This document shows, piece by piece, positions 24,480-36,804 of a stretch of 64,000 bases of DNA (positions are counted from its first letter, which is position 1; each line of letters opens with the position of its first letter). This stretch comes from Camelus ferus (lineage: Eukaryota). The translations under genes and the position numbers were made by a program. The notes beneath the pieces were generated by a model that made no database searches, had not been told where the DNA came from, and worked only from the letters and a program-made list of their open reading frames with translations. The stretch spans positions 32,302,001 through 32,366,000 of the forward strand of contig NC_045705.1 in the NCBI RefSeq assembly GCF_009834535.1. The letters are read 5' to 3'.

Positions 24480-25775
24480 CATGGGAACAAAATATGATCG
24501 CTGATATTACCAAATTTTAAGGCTCAGTATAAAGCTACAGCACTTAAGACAATGTGATATTAGCTCAAAGTGACATATTAACGAGTGCAAAAGAACGAGA
24601 AGTCCAGCAGAGGACAAACAGACACAATGACTTGCTTTACAATAGAGCTACTGATACAAAGATAAGAAAGACGTTGTGTGCATGCGTGTTGCAGATGGTG
24701 CTAGAACAATTGGGTAACTGAATGGGGAATAAACGTCACCTTGTAACTCATACCACGCACGAAAAGCGATTGAAGATGGATCGTAGAACTAAATGTCTGA
24801 AAGGTAGAAGAATAGAACATCTACAAGTAATCAAAAGTCTATGTCTTCGTGATACTGAAGTGGACAAACATTTCTTAATAAGGACCCACAAATAGGAAAA
24901 TTATAAAGAACAATGGAAGCACTGGCCTTTGTCTTAACTGAGGACGTTTGTTCCTGGAAATACACCACTAAGAGACTAAACAGCCACAGACTATGAAAAG
25001 ATATTCATAGTATGTGTATTTGATAAGGGAACCATATCCAGAATATATTAAAATCTACTGCCAGTCAATAAGAAAAGACAAATAAGGCAACTAAATGTGG
25101 GAAAAAATAGATAAGTGACTTTTTAATGAAAGATATACAAAATAGGTAAAAGTATATGCAAAAGTGTTCAATATCATTACTGACAAGTGTGTGAAATGGT
25201 ACAGCCACTGCAGAGAACGGTTTGGCAGTAAGGTGAACAATGCCTGAGTTACGTCCCAGGACTTTCACTTAGATATGAGCATGTATGTCCATCCATAAAC
25301 ATACAGGAACAAAAATGTTCTCAGTAGTTTTATTCAGAACGTTTATATTTAAAAATTAGAAATAAAAAGCTGCTGATTGTTGAAAGAATAAATGAATACA
25401 GTTTGGTATATTCACAAAATCGAATGCTCAACAGCACTTAAAAAAAAGTTATATTATTGACATACAATAATATAAATGAATAATTTACAATAATATAACT
25501 GTGCATAATATTACATTACATTACAATAATATAACTGTGCATAATATAACTGTGCATAACTATGCACAGTTAAAGAAGGCAGATGCAAAAAGTCCATGTG
25601 TAAGAATCCATTAAACCACAGATAAAACTAAGTTACCATATTAGGGCTATGAGAGAGCATTTTGTAATGCTAGAAATATCTGTATCATGACTCATGTGGT
25701 GGTTATACTCATGTATGTAAATATAAAAGTTAACTAAGCTGTTTTCTTACTATCAGGGCACTTTACTATCTGTGT
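24480..25775 (+). mobile_element. Ancient L1M (ORF2 3' region and 3' UTR)
   Basis: ttttaaggctcagtataaagctacagcacttaagacaatgtgatattag, ctcataccacgcacgaaaagc, cagccactgcagagaacggtttggcagt, and the 3' end catgtggtggttatac...gcactttact follow the L1 consensus order. Confidence 0.8.
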
Positions 25776-26726
25776 GTGTATGTGTGTGAGTGTGTACATA
25801 ATTCTGAAACAAGTTCCCAGAAGAAAAGAGGAAAACATGAAATTTCAATTAAGAAAGTACATAAAGCAAAGGGAAGAGTAAATTTAAAATTTGTGGGTCA
25901 TTATACATAGTGATTGAATTTTGACTGTACAACAATCATAGAATTTTATTGAGAAGTTTAAAATAAATGGACTATAAATGCATGGCAACAATAATGCAAA
26001 ATGCAGGGTGTATCAATAGAGTTGAATCTTCCTAGGTTCAACCATTATAAGGAAATTTTTTTAAAGGAACAGAGTGAATTATAGTCGATATCTCAAAATG
26101 CATAATGTAAAAGGGAAGGCAATCATTAATACATAGTAAATGTGAAAGTTAGAACAGTACAAACCATATACTGAGACATTCTTAAAAACTTAATAGGCAA
26201 GGCATTTCTTAAACAGGACACACTAAGGGGAAAAATAATAAATTGAACGATGTTGATAATTAAAATTCATTTATAGAGTGAAAAGGTAAGCTAGAGAATC
26301 AGAAAAAATATTTTTCATATATATGCACATACAAAACTATAAACAAATGTATAAAGAAATCATACTGCATTTTGTGGGGGAAAAAAGTCTATTCAACATT
26401 TTACTTGAGATTCCTATTACATAATCACAAAACACAAAAGTAAGTTCCAGGTTTAGGCAGGCTTAAATATGAAACGTATATTATTTTAAAAATGAGGCAA
26501 AAATGCACAATGGATGAATGAACAATAAAAAAAAAGAAACGAAAGATGCTCAAATTGTGAAAGAAGAAGTATAATTCTTGTTATTTCCAGGTGAAATTAT
26601 TCTGTGTGTAAAAAATCCTAACCAATTCTTTGTTTTTAACAATGCTAATAAATTTTTCTATATGCCAAATTCAATTATGGCCCGATAAGTATCTTAAATA
26701 TCAATACTTTTTAAATTTAATACCAG

Positions 26727-26777
26727 GTTTTTTTTTAATTGAAGTATAGTCAGTTTACAATGTTGTGTCAATTCTAG
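26727..26777 (-). mobile_element. About 50-bp ultra-truncated L1 3' tip with TSD
   Basis: T9 then aattgaagtatagtcagtttacaatgttgtgtcaatt; flanks ttaataccag (26717-26726) and ttaatactag (26778-26787). Confidence 0.75.
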
Positions 26778-27102
26778 TTAATACTAGTTTTTATTGCAAA
26801 TAAAGACATTTGATCTTAGTCTGAGGATCCACTGGCATATCTGATGATTGATGTGAAGCCACTTGCCAGAAATATGTGCTTTTTAAAAATAATATTGCAT
26901 ATAACTTTAAGGAGTTAATAAACCAACAGAAATAATAGGGCCTTTTTGAACATAATTATTTATTGTTTTTCTTTTCAATTAAGTGCCTGAAAAAGCATAT
27001 TTATACAGTTTTCTCAGATACTTTTTTGTCCTTAATCTATATAATCTCGGGAGAAAAGAGAATATAGGTCTCAAAAACTTAATTTATTTATATTTTTATA
27101 TA

Positions 27103-27319
27103 AAGTTGACCCTTGAACAATACAGGTTTGAACTGCAAGGGTCCACTTACCCACAGATTTTCATCAATAGTAAATACTGAAATACAGTAGGATCTTCAGT
27201 TGAATCCATGGAAATGGGTGGATCACATATATGGAGGGTGGGCTGTGAATTATACATGGATTTTCAACTACACAGGAGGGCTGGTGCCCCTAACACCTGC
27301 ACTGTTCAGGAGTCAACTG
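27103..27319 (+). mobile_element. MER8/Tigger2-type MITE (TcMar-Tigger)
   Basis: TIRs aagttgacccttgaacaat and actgttcaggagtcaactg (reverse complement cagttgactcctgaacagt); TA on the left, TG on the right. Confidence 0.85.
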
Positions 27320-27489
27320 TGTATTTCTTATGTTATTCTTTCATATATGGACTGAAAATGAATTTTATATTTAAAAACTAAAGTAGAGACTGCATCAGGT
27401 ACTTTAAAAAAATGTTCTAGGCCTTCTAAAATAATGGCTCATCTTCTGGCTTAACTCAGCCGTAGAATCTCACCTAACCCCACCCCTAC

Positions 27490-28001
27490 TGTAATAGAGA
27501 AGAACAAATCTGACTCCTTGTTAGATCTGTTTCTTTGGCTCTAACCCTGTGCTCTGTTTCCTGTGCTGAGTCATGCTGATTGTGCACCTTTTGTAAAAGA
27601 ATGTTGCCTGCAGCCTGAAATATACAGTCGAGCCCATTCTCAAGGCTCTGTCCTTTAAGGGTATAACACTTTCCCATTTGTATAAAGATAAAAAGTTGCA
27701 GAGTCAAAAATAACATTTGTCTTGTTGGAGGTCTACACGGACACCATGACCTGACCTATGTGGACAGCTACAAGAACAAAGGATTCCGACACCAAGTAGT
27801 TTGCAACAACCAACCATATTCCCTCCCCTTTTTAGTATAAAGGAAAACTGACTTGGGTAAGATGGTTCTCCGGGACATTAGCCTGCCTTCTACTCGGTCT
27901 GCTGGCTTTCCAGATAAGTCATCATTCCTGCCCCAACACCTTGTCTCCCAACTTATTGGCCTGTTGATCAGTGAACTGAATGATTTTGGGACCCAGTAAC
28001 A
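27490..28001 (+). mobile_element. Complete ERV1-type solo LTR (512 bp)
   Basis: TG...CA termini (tgtaatagag...cagtaaca); 4-bp TSD ctac/ctgc; TATA-like tagtataaa near 27832-27841. Confidence 0.8.
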
Positions 28002-29363
28002 CTGCCACCTGCCCCATCAGCTTTTACTTTAGGGATTTAGGAAATTTGCATTTAGGAAGAAAAATGTAATTGTTTTTAGAATAAACAATAAAGGATGATT
28101 CTTATTTAGATGTCTACGTAATGGAAGAGTGTGAAATACTGCTACCAGAATCCATTATAATTCATTTTAAGTTAAAGCCAGAAGCCCCCAGGTTTTCTAT
28201 CCACAGACATATAACTAGACTGGAGGAATCAACATTCAAGAGATAGGTGGTTGGATTCACTACAAGGTACCTTTTAAGAAGTAGTAGTTTTAATTTTCTT
28301 GTATGACTTTCTTGCAATCCAAAGAAGTAAAGGAATAAAATCGTTTTTTATCTAGTCTTGCTCTGCTACCTTTAAGCCCACTGATACCCCATTTTGGTTT
28401 TGCTTGTGTGTCTGTGTGTGTGTGTGTTTGACAATTAGTTCCAAATAATGGGTTCAGCTTCCCTTGCTGAGATGTGGAGCAGGCATCACTACCAATTCTA
28501 TTGAAGGTTTGTTTTTTTTTTTTTCCCAAAGATTATATATTTCTGTTCCTTCCCTATACTTGACCCACTTTTCCTTCTATTCATTTTAACAATCAGGAAA
28601 TCAAATGTCTTAAGGGAACCATTAAGTTCTTGAGAGTTTCCTAAATCCCTCAAGAGGCAGAGAGGAAATTTTAATAATATATTTAATATATCTTTGGATC
28701 ACAAGATTAACTCCAGGGACCGTATTCCCATTTGAACGAAGGGAGATATATAACTGAACTTTTTAACAAAACATATCTTCTAACATGATTGTTTTTTGAT
28801 CATCTTTCTCTTGCTTTCACAGCTTGGAGTCTGTGGCTTTGGTTCTCACATTTAAATAAGTTTGAATTTCAATCTTGCTACTCAGTAACTATTATTTACC
28901 TAATATATGTATCACTGAAAATATCAGTCAATTCACTATTCTTGTGTGATTTGGGTTTGTTTGTTCTGGTGGGGAAATAGAGAAAAATAAGCTATGAGGA
29001 TCAGTATTGATAAGGTTCATAAATGAACTAAGGTGTTGACTATTTTTTTCTTCCACTGGTAAGTAAAATTCACTTATTTAAATATCCAGTCTACGTACAT
29101 TCTGCTAATCAGTTAAAAATATCCCAAAAAATGAAGAAAAAAAGGTTCAGATTTTAATGTGATGAAGACTTCAAGTTATAGGGGAGGGAGAAATTTGTAA
29201 TTTGACTGTTATTCCCACCTTTTGTCTTACACTTCATTCTCTTTTTCTGTATTAGCATCAAAATTGTTATGCAACTTCTATTGGAATAATGAAAAATCAG
29301 TGTTTAAATTCAATCTGGAATATTTCCTAAAGGACAAATTGCAATCCAAATCATGACTCTGTA

Positions 29364-29561
29364 TTCCCATGGGGATGTTTCATCTGTCACTCTAGATACT
29401 CTAGATCTAGCATAGATGTTTCCTTATTTCATATTAATCCAGTGATCTTGCAATGCTATTCTTGTTCTAAGTTTTAATCTATGTACACAAGGAATAGCAT
29501 CTCCCAAGAGAAAGGATGATTAAGCCACCAAAAAATCATCCTTTATTCTGCAGAGGTAAAG
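29364..29561 (+). promoter_or_regulatory. Candidate OR promoter (O/E and homeodomain sites) and first-exon donor for the OR5J-like gene
   Basis: TTCCCATGGGGA (29364-29375) and TCCCAAGAGA (29502-29511) fit EBF TCCCNNG(G/A)GA; atgattaag nearby; GAG|GTAAAG with GT at 29556-29557. Confidence 0.4.
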
Positions 29562-30504
29562 TCACTAGTATCCTAAATTGTTTAAAATATTTATTTTGAA
29601 AATAAATATTAAAAAATTGTTCAATTTTACAGGCAAAATTAGGTCACAATCAATAAATATGTGTGGCTTAAGTGGAAACGATATTGCATATTCTAAGAAA
29701 GGTGTTGCAGCATCAAGGAAAACAAAGTGTTACAAAGAAGTAGCTGTATGGTTTGTAGGTTTGTTTTACTTTACAAGCTTGCTTTACTTTCTTCTCAGAA
29801 AAAGCATAAAGACTCTTTTTCCTGAGTCTCCTGAGTAAGGTATTTCTATTGGATAGCAAAGGCCAATTATAAGTTACTGTTCACCGTTTTCATATTCCAG
29901 CTCAGAACCCCCTCTCCCCCCATGCCTAATGAGCTCTCTTTTCAGGAGCTATTGCCTCTGGCTATTTTTGAAGAAAGACTCCAGAATTTTTTCATATTGG
30001 GGACTTGCCTTTCTTCACATCCCTGTTTAAAAAAAAATGTGGAGTGTGAACTTAACATGAAGTGGTTAAGTGGGAAAACTCAAGTTTAAATGTCACAATA
30101 CCATTTATTCTTATATATTGATATAGTTGACACTGGCTACTATGAGATCCCAAGGAAGACGTTTTAAAGAGAGCTTCAATGGTACCATGGATTAAATTTC
30201 CAACTTCAGTCATTTATGCTTTATAAACTGGATTTTACACATTTTAGAATGAAATTCACTTAAGGTTTTAAATGCCTTCTGAATTCATCCCTAACTGAGA
30301 CCCTAATGTTTTCTTTCTTCATGCATGGAGTTTCCTGATGGAGCAGGCAAATAAACAGTGCTTAAAGAGACTAGAAAATTTTAGTTAAAATTTTCTAATT
30401 TTATGGATAAAACAAGTAGAGCAGAGAAGTCAACAACTCAAGTCACTAAGTTAGGGATTCCAAACAGTCTTGATAACACCGCATGGTTACTTCTCAATTT
30501 ATTC

Positions 30505-30525
30505 CAATCTCCTTATTGTTAACAG
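30505..30525 (+). promoter_or_regulatory. Candidate splice acceptor of the OR5J-like coding exon
   Basis: ctccttattgttaacAG (AG at 30524-30525), 20 nt before the ATG. Confidence 0.55.
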
Positions 30526-30545
30526 GTCCCAAGAAAAGTAAGCAC

Positions 30546-31484
30546 ATGGCTAATGTTAATTTCACACTGGTGACTGAACTTATCCTTTTGGGGCTGACAG
30601 ATCGTGCTGATATGAAAATGGTCCTCTTCCTGTTGTTCCTGCTCACCTACACCATCTCCTTGGTGGGGAACCTAGGCATGCTCTTTCTCATCCAGATAAC
30701 TCCCAAACTCCAGACACCCATGTATCATTTCCTTAGTTGCCTATCATTTGTTGATGCCTGCTATTCATCAGTCTTTGCACCCAAAATGTTACTGAACTTC
30801 TTCGTTGAACGGGAGACGATTTTATTCTCTGCATGCATTGTGCAATATTTTCTATTCGTGTCACTCCTGACCACGGAGGGCTTCCTGCTGGCAGCAATGG
30901 CTTATGACCGCTACATGGCCATCGTGAACCCTTTACTTTATACGGTGGCTATGACAAAAATGGTCTGTGTCACTCTAGTCATTGGATCGTGTGTAGGAGG
31001 TTTAATCAACTCTTTGACACACACGCTTGGTTTGCTGAAGCTGTCTTTCTGTGGGCCCAATGTCATCAGGCACTACTTCTGTGACCTTCCCCCACTGTTG
31101 AAGCTGTCATGTTCTGACACATCCATGAATGAGCTGTTGCTTTTAATCTTCTCTGGAGTTATTGCCATGATCACTTTCCTGACTGTGATGATCTCCTACG
31201 TCTTCATCGTCGCTGCCATCCTGAGGATCCGCTCAGCAGCAGGAAGATGCAAAGCCTTCTCCACGTGTGCTTCGCATCTTACGGCTGTGACCTTGTTCTA
31301 TGGCTCTATAAGTTTCAGTTACATTCAACCAAGCTCCCAATACTCCTTAGAACAAGAAAAGGTGGTGTCTGTGTTTTATACTCTGGTGATTCCTACGTTA
31401 AACCCATTGATTTATAGCCTGAGAAACAAGGAAGTGAAGGATGCTGTGAAAAGAGTTAAAGAAATGAAATATATCCCTTGTTAA
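30546..31484 (+). CDS. OR5J-subfamily olfactory receptor, intact, 312 aa (OR5J1-like position)
   Basis: [19 protein letters not shown]...[15 protein letters not shown]...[21 protein letters not shown]...KAFSTCASH...[12 protein letters not shown], close to the recalled OR5J2 sequence. Confidence 0.93.
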   Translation: MANVNFTLVTELILLGLTDRADMKMVLFLLFLLTYTISLVGNLGMLFLIQITPKLQTPMYHFLSCLSFVDACYSSVFAPKMLLNFFVERETILFSACIVQYFLFVSLLTTEGFLLAAMAYDRYMAIVNPLLYTVAMTKMVCVTLVIGSCVGGLINSLTHTLGLLKLSFCGPNVIRHYFCDLPPLLKLSCSDTSMNELLLLIFSGVIAMITFLTVMISYVFIVAAILRIRSAAGRCKAFSTCASHLTAVTLFYGSISFSYIQPSSQYSLEQEKVVSVFYTLVIPTLNPLIYSLRNKEVKDAVKRVKEMKYIPC

Positions 31485-33176
31485 TTTCATACCATATGGG
31501 CTCTAAAATAGTAGACAGACAAGTGCCTTGGATAATGAAATTTATATGAATTTACTAAAATTATGATTCCAAAGGACTCTTAGAGTTTATTTAATTGGAA
31601 CCTTCTGTTTTACAATGGAAGAAAAAAGCCTGGAATAATGTCATAGTTGGCTGGTTACTGTGTAAACTAACCTAGTAAACCATCTTAAATCTAGGTTAGT
31701 TATTTCTGGACATTTGTTAACATTTTCATTCCTGTATGTGGGTAGAAATGAATATACACACACAGATATATAGACACACAAACACACACACAGAGATACA
31801 AACATAACATTCATAAATAGTGAAATATCTCTTAACTGGTTTTCTCTCTTGAGTACAGAAAAAAGCAAAATACTTTAAAAGCAGAAAGTACTAGTTCTTG
31901 AATTATCGAGTAAAACTGGTAGATACATGCTCCTAGAATTAGCCTGGATTATTTATAGTCAGATATTCTACAAAATAAAAGACATGCTCAAAAATAGAAG
32001 GTGGACTTGGTTTTGACACCTTTCCACTCACAGAGGTTAGCCTAAACCATTTCCTCTTTCCTGGCCTTGGTGTCCTTTACTACACGTGAAACTGCCACAG
32101 CTTTATTACCATTTCCCCTGGAAGAGCCACTAATTCTCAGAGAAAACTTACCCTGAAGAATTTTTCTTCATATTTAGGAAGGACGCCCCCAAGTTAATCA
32201 GAGAATCTTCAATAATCAGACTCAATTCTCCCTTTCCTTTAAGGCTCTTCCAACATCCTCTTTAGACATTAAACAAAAAACTTCCTTGAAGGTCATCTAG
32301 GTAGAAGAAAAGCACTGCTCTGTATTCTAAGCAGGGAAATCATGTGAAGTCAATTGTTTTCCCAGTGATTCAAATTATATGTACAGGAGCATAATGATAA
32401 AATTAGAACCCTAAATACTGATTGCCCCATAATGATCTCTTTTCCCCAAATTGCTGCAAAGTATCCTGTCTGGAAAATAAAAACAGTATTCTAAAGAATA
32501 CTTGCATTTACAAGTAAAATTATATTTAATTTTTGGAGTCTGTTCTAAATACTGAAATAAATAGTGGCAGTTTGGCTAAGCAGTGCAGAGACAGCTGGAT
32601 GCTCTGTATTATTAACCCATGTTTTTACAAGGCAGTCCGCCTGGATTAATCTTTATTTTTTCTTCTCAGTGACAGCCAAAATCACATAAACGAATGGTTC
32701 TGCTGTCTGTGAAGTTAGGAAATTGAAAGCTTATTGTATTAGACATTCATGAAAAGAAATTCATACGAAAGTTTACTTTTCGGAATAAAACAATCACACC
32801 ACCACCACCACCAATTTTCCAAAATCATTTACTATATTATTTGAAATTGGGTGCTACAAGGATCCATTTATGCATGAGGCATTGATGTAAATGTATTTGT
32901 ATGTAAGTCTTAATTTTCAGATTAAAATAAAAATAAAATAATAATGATAATAAGTAAACTTAATTTTACATAATTCATCACAATTTTTCGGGAGCATTAA
33001 ATGTCTTATATCCGAGAATATGAAACACAAGAAATATTATAGGGGGAAAAAATTGAAACTCAGAAAAATAAATTGAGCTGTTTACAATTTTTAATAAGTT
33101 CTATTACAATATACACCCTATAGAACAGGGTGGCCTCCCAGCATGCAGACAAATAACACAGTTTTCTAAGTGTGAG

Positions 33177-33214
<38 letters not shown>
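33177..33214. repeat. (TG)n microsatellite
   Basis: Long, nearly pure gt run. Confidence 0.95.
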
Positions 33215-33215
<1 letters not shown>

Positions 33216-34329
33216 GTGGGTGTTATTTTATGGGAAAAAAAGATTTTTGTTTTCTAGTACTGACCTTCAACTAACTCTAACAAACAGCTACCAGACTACA
33301 CTATAAAACAGGAACTTGATGCTTAAATGAGAAAAAAACATTCCCATCCTAGAATTCTGAGGCAAACGGAGGGAGATTGTGCAGATGTGCAGAACGTAGA
33401 TTGGAAAATGAGTAATATACCATTAATATGAAATGTATAAATATGAAAAGTTATAAACCTTCACTTTAATACACCATTAAAATTAAATATTCAGAAAGTA
33501 AATGAAATTGAGTTAAGCAGGTTCCAAATGTCCTTAAATGGCAGATATAATTAGTCAATAGCAAATAAATGGTTGACAAAGAAAAAGAAATACTCTCGCT
33601 AATAAAACTCGTCTAACATCCCCTGTGTGTTAGTCTGCAATACTGCTTCATTTTAAAATCACTGCAGATTTTCACCGCCTTTTCTCACGCAGCTGTGTGT
33701 ATTCGTTTGGTGCATGTGACTCATCTTAGGGACTTACTCGTACAAGAATGTCCCTTCCTCCACTTCTACGTTTAGCTTACCATTTCACTCCACAGTTACC
33801 TCCTTTCTGTTTCCCAGTCTATCCCCCAAATATCAATCTATTCAGTATTTCTAAAATTTATTATTATGTTCAGCCACTATCATTACAAAAATGTTGAACC
33901 TGATATTTTAGTGTCTTAATTGACTAAATTACCCCAATATTAAAAGGCAATCCAGTGTATAAAAACACACACAGACCTGACTTCTGTTTAGTCATTGCTT
34001 CCCCTTCTTTTGAGTTCTCTCAAATTTAAATGTGTGTATTTTCCATAATTCATATCAATAACAATGTATTTATAGAAGAACATGGCCACCAACAGCTGGT
34101 ACTTAGTGCTCTTTAAAACCAGTATGTATATACATATATAAAGCCTATATATATACTATTAAGTTCTGTAAATCATAATTACAGACACCAGTGGAGTTCA
34201 TTTTTAATAATTCATTTTTTCCTTGTGGAGCCGCATCTAAGTGAGATAAGACACATGTGACAATTTTCTCTAAAACTGAGGAAAGGCCAAATACGTGAAT
34301 TGCTATAATTTGACAAGATCATGCTGGGA

Positions 34330-34483
34330 CATTGTTCTCCCAGGACTCTCTTTAGCTGTTTGATGAGACCTGGTGCTCACGGGACCCCTGTGGATGGCAT
34401 CCCCCAAAGGCCCTGAGCCAAATATAAGCACAAGTCAGGAAACCAATAGGAGTGGCCAGGCTTCCTCTCAGCACCAGGTAGGG
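34330..34483 (+). promoter_or_regulatory. Candidate promoter and first exon for the OR at 36805
   Basis: GC-richer patch with O/E-like half sites (tctcccagga, atcccccaaagg), tataag, ccaat, and CAG|GTAGGG (GT at 34478-34479). Confidence 0.3.
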
Positions 34484-35856
34484 TCGCATATGTGTGTTCT
34501 AACAATTATAAATGCCTTTTCCTGTATTCAAAAAGAGCAACTCTCAAAAGACATTGTGAATAAAATGTGAAGATTATCATCTGCCTCAAATCCATCCCAG
34601 TTACTGAGATGACTGAAATCCAGTTAGACCATGACCAGGTCAATTGGCTTGCTTGAAGTCATTAGTGAGTTTATTCCATATTTCCTCAGGTAGCTGTGTT
34701 TATAACTTCACATAATTATGTCGGTTACAAGAGGGAATTTACTTAAATTCATTAAGATTGACTATTGCAAACTGTTGAATTTTGTTAAATCTGAGGAAAA
34801 GAGCAGCCATTTATTTGGTCCTGTTAGCAGAGCTAAATTTTAGACTCAAAGATTAACTGACTTTACAGTGAAAGGAAGTTCAGATGAAATTTACCAATTA
34901 TTAAGTGAAAATTAAAGAGAAATACAAAATGAGTGAAATAAGAAATTTATCATCAAAGTAACAAATTGGTTTGTTTAAAAACAAAATCAAGGCAAATCTA
35001 ACTAAACAAAACCAAACAAAAAAAGCAAAAATCCAAATAATCACTTTAGTCAAAGGCATCTGTCCAGTATGTCAGCAGAGTCCAGTCTCTGTTTTCCTTA
35101 TTCGTTTTACTTTGAATAGACAGCAAACATTTGAGAGCATCCATGGTGAACCACCCTGTTTCCACATATTTTCTTATTTAAGTCTCACAACTACTGCTTG
35201 AGAAAGGTTTAGAGATGAATCTGATAGTTAGGCTGGGAAACCAAGAGTTAGACGTGCAATCACAGCTCAACGTGGTATAAAGTGACTAGTCGTTCTTTTT
35301 ATATCTTGTATATCCAGTGTGAGAAAAATTAGACTCGGGCTGGTCTCCTAGCAAATGGAATTAATCAAAGTTATTTGGTAGCATGATTTGCAGAATTGTT
35401 ATCAAATAACTTTCTTTATATAACACTGAAAATAAAGGGTAGAAATCCAAGCCCATTCACTCTGCATTCAGTATCAGGGAAATATTATTCCCAAAGCATG
35501 GATTGTGGAACAGTGTATTCATTAATATTTAGTGAAAATAGATTTGATTGTCAAATTAATATGAAATGTGTTCTGTATGTATTTATCTTATTGGAACTTG
35601 CAAAGCATAGTCAAATATTATGCATTCTTATAAGTCCTGCAATAAAGAAAGCTTTCCTTAAAAATTATTTAGCCAAGTGTTTCTCAAATACATTAGATAC
35701 AGAATGTTGTTTTTCACATAGTTTTGGTTATATGATAAAAACTAAAATAAAGTTGATTTAATGATCTAACTTTTCCTGGATAAAAACCCAGATTCATATG
35801 TGAACTAATGTGCCAAAATCATCTGCATTGTCCTTGAAATTAAACTTGAGACCTAA

Positions 35857-36000
35857 TTTTTTTTTCTTTTTTTTGTGTGCGGGTGGGGGGCAGTCATTTG
35901 GTTTATTTATTTATTTATTTTGATAGAGGTTTTGAGAATTGACCCCAGGACCTCATGCTTGCTAAGCACTCACTCTACCACTGAGCTCTATGCACCCCCT
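35857..36000 (-). mobile_element. tRNA-Ala-derived camelid SINE (Vic-1 type)
   Basis: Poly-T, (ttta)n, gagaattgaccccaggacctcatgcttgctaagcactcactctaccactgagct. Confidence 0.85.
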
Positions 36001-36749
36001 CTCGAGTTGAGATTTCTTGACTGTAGGGATTCAAACATGTGTTTGACTCAATCTTAATGCAAAAAATCTGCTGTGGTCTAATTTAACCCATTTGGTAATA
36101 AATGCTATAAGAAATCCGAGTATGGAGTGATAAATATCTTCTGGCATAGCAAAGAATGGCTTCCTGGAATAACTGAGTTTTAACCAATAAATGATGTTGT
36201 TCTGATAGAAAATTCTCATCTTCCATTTTTATGGATAATGATCAGTTTTATTAGATGATTTAATATACACATATGTATATTCTGCCCGTTTGTTATTTCT
36301 ATTGTTTAACATGTCATGTGTATTTTTGCCTAAGTTAAAAAGATGTCACAGAGAATAATATTGCCAGATTCCCCAAGAATTTATCTGTTAAACATTGAGT
36401 TTTTTATTCTTTGTTAAGGGATCTTCTTTTTAAAACATGAGGTCCTTGTCTTGTGTTCTGGAATCTGAGATGCACTGTTATCCAACGTCCAACTCTGAAC
36501 CTTCTCCGCTAAACTAAGATCACTATTACAGCTTTTCATGGGGATTTTACTTTCTCCAGGGGCTTCTATGTGGTACCTAATGCCAGTTTACAGCCCCTGG
36601 TGAGACTTTGATCCGAATAAAGTTTTGAATCAGGCTAACTTTCATATTTGCAAGAAGTGAATTGACTGTGATTTATTATTATTAACTAAAATCATGCAGT
36701 TTTCTAAAGATGCTGGTAGAACAAGGTCATGTTCAAGCTGCACTCTTTG

Positions 36750-36780
36750 CTTATTTTCTGTTTCCTCTCATTCCCTGTAG
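36750..36780 (+). promoter_or_regulatory. Candidate splice acceptor of the OR at 36805
   Basis: ttattttctgtttcctctcattccctgtAG (AG at 36779-36780), strong pyrimidine tract, 24 nt before the ATG. Confidence 0.6.
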
Positions 36781-36804
36781 TCCCATCAGAGAGGAGCCAC
36801 ATAA

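Noticed and set aside
30483-30545. Upstream in-frame ATG extending the OR5J-like protein by 21 aa
   Set aside because: Lies 5' of the splice acceptor at 30524-30525, so it is probably intronic
21000-31440. Recent gene conversion between the 20274 and 30546 ORs (shared [11 protein letters not shown] and GGLINSLT)
   Set aside because: The nucleotide sequences differ at many synonymous positions across the shared peptide, which indicates old paralogy
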